Source: an uncultured bacterium
GTDB lineage: Bacteria; Patescibacteriota; Patescibacteriia; Patescibacteriales; UBA12465
Direction of reading: 5' to 3'
Assembly (NCBI GenBank): GCA_938003925.1
Contig: CALKWQ010000022.1
Location: 90,278 to 154,277, forward strand
Length of the DNA: 64,000 nucleotides
Part shown: positions 23,114-31,411 of the stretch, one piece after another
Position numbering within the stretch: position 1 is the first letter of the stretch
Layout: each line of letters starts with the position of its first letter
Position numbers and translations under genes: made by a program
Notes under the pieces: generated by a model
Seen by the model: only the letters and a program-made list of their open reading frames with translations
What the model was told of the DNA's origin: nothing
Database searches by the model: none

Positions 23114-25402
23114 TTATTTAACAATTACAGCCTCGGTCATGGTAGTGCTGGCTGTATTGCCAAGCATTGAAGCCTGAGTCTGATAATAGTCAGCTTTAAC
23201 TTGATTGCCGGCAGCTTTAAACAGCTCCGCTAACGCTAAAGGCCACTGAGAATCCGTAGGTTGACGCAAGCTACCATGATTTAACAGTAGCGCGGCAGAT
23301 TCGTAGTCTTTTAACTGCAAATAAGCGTTAGCCCGGGACTTCAACAAACTAACATTGCTAGGATTATAAGCATAAGCCAAACGATAAGCCTCAATCGCTG
23401 ATTGGTAATCAGCCACTGACTCCAAGATTAGCCCTCGTTCAGATTGCAGACGAGATAAATAAAAATAAAGATAGTCTCGGTGCTCTTGATTGAGACGGGA
23501 ATCTATTACTTGAGGCAAATGACTTAAGGCTTGATCATAAGCCGACAAAGCACCTGCGCTATCACTTAGTTGCAAGCACTGCCCCCAATCACGGTACACG
23601 CCGGGACGATTAGGGCTAAAGTCTATCAAGGTCAAAAAACTGGCCTGACCAGAAACGCCCGCTGTTAAAAAACAAGTTAAGCGTGCCTGCGTTAATTTAT
23701 TTTCATAACCCTGTCTGGGTAAATTTTTTTCAATTACAGCTAGGTGTTCGCGTATTAACCAGCGTGTAGATATATCAGGCAATGAAGACCAATCAGATAG
23801 AGCGAAGGCGCTAAAAGCACGCTGATAATGAGCTTTAAAAACTGGATTCAACGCACTGGCTTCCGCATAAGAATATAAAGTATCGGCGGTAAAATATTGC
23901 CGTGATGGCAAAGAGCGATAAAACTGCAGAAAGTAATAATCTGCTTGCAGACTATTGATGCCTAAATAAATTTGCCCCGAAGCTACTAATAATAAAACGC
24001 CGGAAGCTAACGCGGCTACTCGGGACCAAGCTGAAGAGTAAATATTTTTTAATGACACAGATTTATACTGATCAAAACGTAAGGCCAAATTACCAGCTGT
24101 AACTAAAGCCGCTAACACCCAAAAATAAAAAATATTGGTTATATCAGAGATGCCAACCATCAACGACAATCCGTAAGCCAACATCGCCGTACCCGCAACC
24201 AAAGCAAAAGCTCGCCCCGCCGGTAGTTGCCACAAGCGCCAACACTGCCAAGCCCAAAATATATAAAGCCCCAACCAAAAGATTAATCCTAAAAAACCAG
24301 TCTGAATAACAATATCAAGCAAGCTATTATGCACTTTATCGGTATAACCATCAATTGGCATAAACACCCCCCAATCGGATTGATATTGCTTTACTAAAAC
24401 TTCGCCGCCATTTTCTAAGCCAACACCAAACCAGGGACGCTCGCTAATTGCTGGCCAGGCAGCCTGATAAAAATAATGGCGCAAAGCTAAACTACCCCCA
24501 CTCCAATCACCTAGAGCCAAAAAACGCCCAGGCATCAACAAATAAAAAGCCCCCACTGATAAACACACAAAAATTAAAGCCAAACCTATAGCCCAATAAC
24601 GCCAACGACGCCAAGCTAACAACAGAACGGCTGCGCCTGTACTTAAAATCAGCGCCAGCCAAGCCGCGCGAGAACCACTAACCACTAGACCGGTTAGTTG
24701 TATTAGCACTAAACTGAAAATTAGTACGCGCGGCCAAAAGTTTGTTTTAAATACAAAAATATAAGCAGAGAGTGGCAAGGTAAAAAGTAAAAAAGAACCC
24801 AGAAAATTAGGCTGACCAAGAGTGGATATGGCCCGAGTATATAGTTGTGGCTCCTGCCATAGAGCAAAGTCGTAACCACAAAATTGTAAAAAGGCGTAAA
24901 TACTAGCCACGCTGCCAGCGATAACCATCAACCAGCTGCTAGACATCACCCCTCGTTGCCAAATAGCAATTGATGCGGAAGACCGTTCTTGGCGACTACC
25001 TCCAAAATAATAAACTATAAAGCTATACCAAATTGCCAGCCAAAAATAAAAACCTAGGCCCATTTGTCGCTCGTAGGATCCAAACCAGGACTGCAAAAAA
25101 TTAACAGAATTTAGTGATAACAAAGACCATGCTAACCAAAAAAACCAAATTGGCAGTACGGCGCGACCCAGACTAGTCCAACTCAAACCCGCCCCCGGCC
25201 AACGCCAAAATTTTGCAACCACAGTTAAAATAATTAAAATTACTGCCCCTAAAGTCTGCAACCAGAAAGATTTAATTAAATTAAAAGGGCTGAAAATCGG
25301 AAAAAAATAAGACATGCCCAAAGGAATAAGCAGTAAGGCGCTACTATAAATCATGGGTAACAACCAGGATAAAATCTTAGACCAGTTTAACTTAGATATC
25401 AT
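23114..25402 (-). CDS. O-antigen ligase family (Wzy_C) polytopic membrane protein fused to C-terminal TPR repeats
   Basis: About 12 TM helices with VHNSLLDIVIQTGFLGLIFWLGLY (Wzy_C-like loop/helix). The C-terminal ~300 aa carry TPR-like repeats (AIEAYRLAYAYNPSNVSLLKSRANAYLQLKDYESA). Confidence 0.7.
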   Translation of the reverse strand: MISKLNWSKILSWLLPMIYSSALLLIPLGMSYFFPIFSPFNLIKSFWLQTLGAVILIILTVVAKFWRWPGAGLSWTSLGRAVLPIWFFWLAWSLLSLNSVNFLQSWFGSYERQMGLGFYFWLAIWYSFIVYYFGGSRQERSSASIAIWQRGVMSSSWLMVIAGSVASIYAFLQFCGYDFALWQEPQLYTRAISTLGQPNFLGSFLLFTLPLSAYIFVFKTNFWPRVLIFSLVLIQLTGLVVSGSRAAWLALILSTGAAVLLLAWRRWRYWAIGLALIFVCLSVGAFYLLMPGRFLALGDWSGGSLALRHYFYQAAWPAISERPWFGVGLENGGEVLVKQYQSDWGVFMPIDGYTDKVHNSLLDIVIQTGFLGLIFWLGLYIFWAWQCWRLWQLPAGRAFALVAGTAMLAYGLSLMVGISDITNIFYFWVLAALVTAGNLALRFDQYKSVSLKNIYSSAWSRVAALASGVLLLVASGQIYLGINSLQADYYFLQFYRSLPSRQYFTADTLYSYAEASALNPVFKAHYQRAFSAFALSDWSSLPDISTRWLIREHLAVIEKNLPRQGYENKLTQARLTCFLTAGVSGQASFLTLIDFSPNRPGVYRDWGQCLQLSDSAGALSAYDQALSHLPQVIDSRLNQEHRDYLYFYLSRLQSERGLILESVADYQSAIEAYRLAYAYNPSNVSLLKSRANAYLQLKDYESAALLLNHGSLRQPTDSQWPLALAELFKAAGNQVKADYYQTQASMLGNTASTTMTEAVIVK

Positions 25403-25446
25403 AAAAAAATTAGTCTAATAACTAACAACAATCTTAATTATAACAT

Positions 25447-25481
25447 ACAAAAAAGCTCCGAGCCATCTCTGGTCGGAGCTT
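25447..25481 (-). terminator. intrinsic terminator after secF
   Basis: AAGCTCCGA / TCGGAGCTT 9-bp stem. The minus strand continues ttttttgtatg. Confidence 0.75.
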
Positions 25482-25506
25482 AAATAATCAACACTGTTAG
25501 TAATAA

Positions 25507-26409
25507 TTAACGACGGCTCTGCCATCTTTCCCACACCACCAATAGAGGACTGGCTACAAAAATAGAGCTGTAGGCACCACAGAAAATACCAATAATCAAA
25601 GCTAAAACGAAATCACGTACAGAATCACCGCCAAAGAATAAAACAGCCAATAAGGCTAACAGGGTGGTAATAACCGTATTAATAGAACGAACAAAAGTTT
25701 GGTTTAAGCTATTATTAACAGTTTCGGCAAAATTAGTGGTACTCTTGGGTAAGTTTTCGCGAGTGCGGTCAAAAACGACGATCGTATCATTAACGCTGTA
25801 ACCAAGAACAGTCAATAAGGCAACAACGAAGGTGGTATTAATCTCCACTCCATAAAATCTGCCCAACAGAGAAAAGACGCCAAGAGTAATCAACAAATCA
25901 TGGAATAAAGCCACTACCGCAATCACGCCGTATTTCCAGGAAGCAACCGGCTTAGAAACGCGCTGAAAAGTAAAGGCAATATACACAATAATGACAATCA
26001 ACACAAAAAACATCAACCAAAAAGCCTTACTGCGTAATTCCTGACCAATAGAAGGGCCAATGGCTTCGAAACGAATTTCTTCCATGCCTAATTGGGCTTC
26101 CGGCAAGGTCTTTAAAGCTGCTAACACCGCCTGATGCGAAGCCTCATCGCTTTCTTGAAAGCGCAAGATCATGGATTCTTCACTGGGCTGAATAGTTAAA
26201 CTGCTAACTGCTACCCCGGTTAACTTTTCTTGAACTGCCGACACGCTAGCCTGGCCGCCATTGAATTTAAGCTCCAACAGACTACCACCCGTAAAATCAA
26301 GGCCAAATTTCAGTCCCCACATCAATAGAAACACTATAGAGGCGGCAACCATCACACCAGATAGAGCCAGCCAAAGCCGGCGGTGGTTAATAATTTTCAA
26401 ATTAATCAT
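25507..26409 (-). CDS. secF: protein translocase subunit SecF
   Basis: GLDFTGG and YSVNDTIVVFDR motifs with 6 TM helices. I moved the start to the ATG at 26409 (MINLKIINHRR), 10 nt after the secD stop. Confidence 0.92.
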   Translation of the reverse strand: MINLKIINHRRLWLALSGVMVAASIVFLLMWGLKFGLDFTGGSLLELKFNGGQASVSAVQEKLTGVAVSSLTIQPSEESMILRFQESDEASHQAVLAALKTLPEAQLGMEEIRFEAIGPSIGQELRSKAFWLMFFVLIVIIVYIAFTFQRVSKPVASWKYGVIAVVALFHDLLITLGVFSLLGRFYGVEINTTFVVALLTVLGYSVNDTIVVFDRTRENLPKSTTNFAETVNNSLNQTFVRSINTVITTLLALLAVLFFGGDSVRDFVLALIIGIFCGAYSSIFVASPLLVVWERWQSRR

Positions 26410-26419
26410 ATATCCTGTT

Positions 26420-28309
26420 TTACTTGTTAAGACGGCGGACACCAAGCAACCAGCGGTTGCGGTCAAGCCAAGAACTCTTAAATACTTTTAATAAAGTATA
26501 GGTAATAACGATGCTGCTAAACATGGAAATAGACACGCCAATAAACAAAGTAGCGCCAAAACCTTTAACCAAACCGGTGCCGAAACCCATTAAAATAAAG
26601 CAGGTCAAAATGGTGGTGATGTTGCCATCGCGAATAGACGGCCAAGCCCTTCTAAACCCATCATCTAAGGCGGCAGCCAATGGTTTGCCTAGACGTAGCT
26701 CTTCCTTCATGCGCTCAAAAATTAAAACGTTAGCGTCCACTGCCATACCAATCGACAAAATAAAACCAGTGATACCTGCTAAAGTAAGAGTTACGGTTTG
26801 ATTGGCATAATAAACTAAGAAAGCTAAAATCACTAAAAATAACAGGGCTGAAAAGACACCGTCAAAAATCTTTAAGTGATTAAAAACATTAACAAACAAA
26901 ACGACTAATAAGGCAATAAACAGTAGAGCCAACCAGATCGGAGCGGCCTTAAAAATTGTTAATACTGTTAACGCATACACCGCCAAAGAAACTACAGAGA
27001 CTGCGCCCGGCAAACGATAAAATAGAATCATGAAAATAGCCACCAAACCAAAACCGATTAAACCGGCCATCACGCTATTAGAAATAGATTTTTGTCCCAA
27101 ACTAGAACCAATGGTCTGCTGGCCAATTAAATTAATAGGCACAGGCAGAGCGCCAGTATTTAAACGCTGGACCAATAATTTAGCCTCTTGGACGTTAAAA
27201 CGTCCAGAAATGACGGCTCGACCATCAGGAATGCGCTCATTAACAGTAGGCACACTAATAGCATAACCGTCTAAAAAGATGGCTACAGGACGGCCAATAT
27301 TTCGCTCCGTAATGTTAGCAAACATTTCTGCTCCCTCAGCATCAAATTCTAAAGAAACCTCCGGAGAACTGTCTTGAGGATTAAATTGCAAGGTAGCTCT
27401 TTCTAAATTTTTGCCAGACAGTTCTGTATTCTGCCAATTATCACCCAGAGTTAAGACGGGTGACTCATTTTGAATAGCAAAGGATAACAATTGAGCTTTA
27501 TATTCAGTGATTTTAGCGCTTTGACCAGGCTGATCTTTAAAAGGATTATCTTTTTCATTCTTAGCTAAAAGCTTAGCTAATACCAAGGCTTCAGGGGTTT
27601 TAACGGCCTGAGCGGTAATTGCACCGACATTTAAACTTTTCAAAGCAGACGCTAATTCAGCTTGTGTCTCTTCAGTCACAACAATATCTGCAGTAAAACT
27701 AGCTTGATATTTTTCCGCCAAACCCTGCCAATCAGTATTACCAGCAGCTTCTTTAACGGCATCGGCTGCCCGCTTAGCTACCTGTTGGTTAAATGCCACC
27801 GCTTCAGCATTTGGCTCGGCATTAAGGGCTTGGGTTTCCAAGCTTTGCTCTTTAAATTCCAATAGTGGCGTCTCACCAATTAACCTAATAGCCTCGTTAA
27901 CATCTTTAATGCCAGCCAACTCAGCAATAATCCTATATTCGCCCTTCAGGGTACGATTAACTTGCACCAGCGGCTCGCTTACACCGGCTACGTTCACCCG
28001 ACGCTCAATAATGTCACGTACGCCCTCTAAAGCGCTGGTACGCTCTGACTCAGCAATATTGGCCACATCAGCCTCGTAAACTAACTGGGTGCCCCCTTGC
28101 AGGTCTAGACCGAGTACAAAATTGCTCTCAGGGGCAGACGGCAGCACAATAATATTATTAGTGGCGGTGGCTAGAGACTGGACTCCCTGATTATAAAAAT
28201 TGCCAGCCGCCAAAACAAAACCCAGAGAAGCGAAAATAACCAGCAGTAGAAACAGCCAGCGCTGACGATGACGCTTTAATGAAGAAGATAACTTTTGCAG
28301 TTTAGACAT
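26420..28309 (-). CDS. secD: protein translocase subunit SecD
   Basis: LGLDLQGG, GIGMAVDANVLIFERMKEE, and a large periplasmic domain. Confidence 0.93.
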   Translation of the reverse strand: MSKLQKLSSSLKRHRQRWLFLLLVIFASLGFVLAAGNFYNQGVQSLATATNNIIVLPSAPESNFVLGLDLQGGTQLVYEADVANIAESERTSALEGVRDIIERRVNVAGVSEPLVQVNRTLKGEYRIIAELAGIKDVNEAIRLIGETPLLEFKEQSLETQALNAEPNAEAVAFNQQVAKRAADAVKEAAGNTDWQGLAEKYQASFTADIVVTEETQAELASALKSLNVGAITAQAVKTPEALVLAKLLAKNEKDNPFKDQPGQSAKITEYKAQLLSFAIQNESPVLTLGDNWQNTELSGKNLERATLQFNPQDSSPEVSLEFDAEGAEMFANITERNIGRPVAIFLDGYAISVPTVNERIPDGRAVISGRFNVQEAKLLVQRLNTGALPVPINLIGQQTIGSSLGQKSISNSVMAGLIGFGLVAIFMILFYRLPGAVSVVSLAVYALTVLTIFKAAPIWLALLFIALLVVLFVNVFNHLKIFDGVFSALLFLVILAFLVYYANQTVTLTLAGITGFILSIGMAVDANVLIFERMKEELRLGKPLAAALDDGFRRAWPSIRDGNITTILTCFILMGFGTGLVKGFGATLFIGVSISMFSSIVITYTLLKVFKSSWLDRNRWLLGVRRLNK

Positions 28310-28387
28310 AGATTTTGGTAATTTATTGCCAAAGATTAGAAACTTTTAAAATCTTAGACTAAAAAGACGAAAAAATCAAGACAAGAC

Positions 28388-28416
28388 TTTACAAAAATGC
28401 TTAACTGCCATATAAT
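28388..28416 (+). promoter_or_regulatory. candidate clpP promoter
   Basis: TTTACA-17 nt-TATAAT, 37 nt upstream of the clpP ATG. Confidence 0.45.
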
Positions 28417-28452
28417 TCTTAATAATAGCAAAAAATAATTAAATTTAAGCTT

Positions 28453-29034
28453 ATGACCTTAATCCCAACCGTTATCGAAAAAGAAGGGCAAGTGGAAAGA
28501 GCCTACGATATTTATTCCCGTCTGCTAAAAGATCGCATTATTTTTTTAGGCGAAGCTATTGACGACCATGTAGCTAATATTGTTATTGCTCAAATGCTGT
28601 TTCTGGCCGCCGAAGACAAAGAAAAAGATATCAAATTCTATATTAACTCTCCCGGTGGCTCCGTATCTGCCGGCCTCGCCATCTACGACACCATGCAGTA
28701 TATTAAATGCCCAGTATCCACCATCTGTGTAGGATTAGCAGCCTCAATGGCCTCAGTACTGCTAGCAGCAGGGACTAAGGGTAAACGTCTTGCCTTGCCT
28801 AATAGCGAAGTTATGATTCACCAAGTCATGGGCGGAGCTGAGGGTCAAGCATCAGATATTAAAATTAGGGCAGAACATATTCTAAAAATCAAAGATAAGA
28901 TGAATAAAATCTTAGCAACCCATACTGGTCAGAAGATAGCTGTAATTGAAAAAGACAGTGATCGAGATAATTTCATGAGCGCTGATGAAGCTATGAAATA
29001 CGGTCTAATCGATAAGGTTATCTCCAAAGAATAA
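28453..29034 (+). CDS. clpP: ATP-dependent Clp protease proteolytic subunit
   Basis: [16 protein letters not shown], the active-site context [11 protein letters not shown] (Ser) and MIHQ (His). 193 aa. Confidence 0.96.
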   Translation: MTLIPTVIEKEGQVERAYDIYSRLLKDRIIFLGEAIDDHVANIVIAQMLFLAAEDKEKDIKFYINSPGGSVSAGLAIYDTMQYIKCPVSTICVGLAASMASVLLAAGTKGKRLALPNSEVMIHQVMGGAEGQASDIKIRAEHILKIKDKMNKILATHTGQKIAVIEKDSDRDNFMSADEAMKYGLIDKVISKE

Positions 29035-29050
29035 GCCATTAAAACAATAA

Positions 29051-29080
29051 AAAATCCGCTTTAAACCAGCGGGTTTTTTG
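29051..29080. terminator. bidirectional terminator (clpP / surface-protein operon)
   Basis: CCGCT / AGCGG stem extended by A/T pairs. T-runs are present on both strands (aaaaatccgct...agcgggtttttt). Confidence 0.6.
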
Positions 29081-29092
29081 TTGATCAACTAT

Positions 29093-30100
29093 TTATTGTA
29101 AACGCATTAAAGAGGCTACCATCATCTTAAATATTTCTAAATAAGGAGCTGTTTCTCCTGACTTAATATAAGACACTACAAAAACGCGACGGCCATCGGT
29201 ATCTAAAAAATAAGCAATCTGCTGGTCAGCGCTCAAAATCCCCGGCCCAAAACTACTTTCAATCAACCGGTCCTGACTCAAAGTGTCAACATCAGAAAAC
29301 TGGCTCTTATACCAAGTTATAATGTCGGGATAATTTTGTTCAGCATCTTCAAAAGCAATCTGAATAAAAGACTGATCGGGCGCAGAAAATAATGTTGCCT
29401 TCTGATTGGCAGCATTCACCTCCCAGGCAGCAGGGTAGATTACAGCAAAGTAACCCTGGTCGTCAGAGAAAAGAGCTAGATTGCCATTGTCATTCAATTT
29501 GCCCGCTCCTGCCGGATTATAACCTGCTAAAATTTCTTGCTTATCGCTGTAATTATCATTATCGGTGTCGGCTAATTGCGGATTAGTACCCAGAAAAACT
29601 TCAGCCACATCGCTTAGGCCGTCATTATCAGCATCAGCGATTACCGGCAAGATTAAATCTGGCACTACCTCTGGAGTGGTTGAAGAAGACTCAGCTTCCA
29701 CCGGCACTACTGTCAAGGCGGTAGCTGTAGCTACTAACTCTGGCACTACCGGTTCATTAACTACTGGCACGACTGTCTGCTCTGCCGGAGGAGTCTGTTT
29801 TAAGCCTGAGTTATTCATGGCCGGCTTAATAACAAAACGATAAGCTAAATAAAATAATGCTGCGACTATTAATAAACCAACACCAATAATAATAATACCG
29901 GTAGACTTATGGTCAATTTTACCCTTAGAAACACTGCTTAAACTAGGCTGGGAAGAATTGTTACTAGTCGTCGTCTCCTTCTCATAACTAGCGCCACTAA
30001 AACTAGTAAAAGCGGGCATATTTTTGACCACAAAATCCTGTTGCAATCTTTTCTGCAATTCATCTAACTTCTTATTATCTTGATCGGAAATCTTATCCAT
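29093..30100 (-). CDS. membrane-anchored protein with thrombospondin-type-3-like Ca-binding repeats
   Basis: TM helix GIIIIGVGLLIVAALFYLAY, a P/V/T-rich linker, DADNDGLSDVAEVFLGTNPQLADTDNDNYSDKQE repeats and a ~140-aa C-terminal domain. Confidence 0.6.
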   Translation of the reverse strand: MDKISDQDNKKLDELQKRLQQDFVVKNMPAFTSFSGASYEKETTTSNNSSQPSLSSVSKGKIDHKSTGIIIIGVGLLIVAALFYLAYRFVIKPAMNNSGLKQTPPAEQTVVPVVNEPVVPELVATATALTVVPVEAESSSTTPEVVPDLILPVIADADNDGLSDVAEVFLGTNPQLADTDNDNYSDKQEILAGYNPAGAGKLNDNGNLALFSDDQGYFAVIYPAAWEVNAANQKATLFSAPDQSFIQIAFEDAEQNYPDIITWYKSQFSDVDTLSQDRLIESSFGPGILSADQQIAYFLDTDGRRVFVVSYIKSGETAPYLEIFKMMVASLMRLQ

Positions 30101-30102
30101 AT

Positions 30103-30291
30103 TTAATCAGCCAAAAAATAAAAAATCGCTACAATCAAAATTGCCGCGGCCACAAAAGGAGCAATCCAGTGCCAAGCCTTACCACGTAAAGGCATGTTTA
30201 ATTTAGGCATCACGTGTACACGTAAATACAAACGCACACCGGTGACGCCAGCCTGACTTTTGTGATTATTCTTGGTTGCCTTAACTGCCAT
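30103..30291 (-). CDS. small membrane protein, hypothetical
   Basis: 62 aa with a basic N-terminus and a C-terminal TM helix (WIAPFVAAAILIVAIFYFL). Its stop is 2 nt from the next start, so it is packed within the operon. Confidence 0.4.
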   Translation of the reverse strand: MAVKATKNNHKSQAGVTGVRLYLRVHVMPKLNMPLRGKAWHWIAPFVAAAILIVAIFYFLAD

Positions 30292-30314
30292 AAAATTGAT
30301 GCTAGTCTCAAAAC

Positions 30315-31004
30315 TTAAAGCTTGCCTTCTCCGCTGGGACTGTAGCCATTTTTTACCTCATCGCCGTCGCTGTAGCCGTCACCGTCGGTATCGGTGTTTA
30401 AGGGATTACTGCCATAAACACGCACCTCTTCATAATCAGACAAACCATCAAAATCAGAATCTAGTAGATTGGGATTGGTTTGTAAAATCTGCTCCTCGGC
30501 ATCTGTTAAGCTATCACCATCGGAATCAATAGGCGCCATAATAATTTCTGTGCCTGTAGCTGAAGGCGTATTACTAGCGACATCAACCACCGGAGTCGTA
30601 TTAGTGGCAATCACTTCGGGTGTAGGTGTAACCACATTATTTACCGGAGGCGTCACTGGTGTAGATGGGGTAGTATCTACAACTGGATTTTGATTAACTG
30701 GAATATTTTCATTATCAGCAACAGAGCGCATTAATTTAACATAAACCAAATAAGCGGCAGCGGCCAAGATTAAGACAGCTAATAATATAATTAAAATAAA
30801 TTTTAACTTAGACCGAGAGGGGCTGTGTCCCTCGACATCCCCACTAGCAGTATAAGGCTGAGCAGATAAGCCTGCGGTCTGAGCTTCGATATTGACTGAA
30901 GCGGGCGTAGTATTATTGATGTTGGCATCAGTTTCCGCAAAAATATCATCCACGGCATTTCGACTGGCATTGCCTGGTTGTTGGCCATTTAGGTTGTTAA
31001 ACAT
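30315..31004 (-). CDS. membrane-anchored protein with thrombospondin-type-3-like Ca-binding repeats (paralog of 29093..30100)
   Basis: TM helix [20 protein letters not shown], a P/T/V-rich linker, then [12 protein letters not shown]...[12 protein letters not shown]...[12 protein letters not shown]. Confidence 0.6.
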   Translation of the reverse strand: MFNNLNGQQPGNASRNAVDDIFAETDANINNTTPASVNIEAQTAGLSAQPYTASGDVEGHSPSRSKLKFILIILLAVLILAAAAYLVYVKLMRSVADNENIPVNQNPVVDTTPSTPVTPPVNNVVTPTPEVIATNTTPVVDVASNTPSATGTEIIMAPIDSDGDSLTDAEEQILQTNPNLLDSDFDGLSDYEEVRVYGSNPLNTDTDGDGYSDGDEVKNGYSPSGEGKL

Positions 31005-31069
31005 AGATTTCGATTTTTATTTTTATGAGCTTAATTTTATTATAACCGATTAGAGATAAAAATGCATCC

Positions 31070-31387
31070 CTACTGCCTAGTCGGACGAGTAGATGAGGCG
31101 GAGCCAGGAATAACCACGTCAGCGTCATTATTAATAATCTTATAGGTAATAATGCTACCATCCTCGCCACGATTAATTACTTGAATTTTAGTTTCCTCGG
31201 GAATAGCAAAAATCTGCTTTTCCTCAGAAGTCATAAACACGGGCGCTGTATTAGTAGTTGGGTTTGTTTCAGGGGTAAATTCAGTATCAACAACTGGACG
31301 TTGCCAGAGCAGATAAATAACAACTAAAGCTATAACCAGTAGAATTAAACCGCCAATAATAAGACCCTGTTTTTTTGATATAATCAT
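31070..31387 (-). CDS. small N-terminally anchored protein, hypothetical
   Basis: 105 aa with TM helix GLIIGGLILLVIALVVIYLLW followed by a short beta-rich domain. Confidence 0.5.
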   Translation of the reverse strand: MIISKKQGLIIGGLILLVIALVVIYLLWQRPVVDTEFTPETNPTTNTAPVFMTSEEKQIFAIPEETKIQVINRGEDGSIITYKIINNDADVVIPGSASSTRPTRQ

Positions 31388-31411
31388 ATTATTAATGAGA
31401 TACTTTATGCT

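Noticed and set aside
23110-23124. Upstream TTG/GTG-extended starts proposed by the track for pilD (23124), ruvB (49219), the M16 peptidase (54228), ndk (62313), gyrA (61227), rmuC (58591), secF (26466), the DUF218 gene (49917) and the GT2 gene (12282)
   Set aside because: Each extension overlaps the preceding gene or a terminator and adds non-conserved residues. An in-frame ATG that abuts the upstream stop gives the canonical N-terminus.
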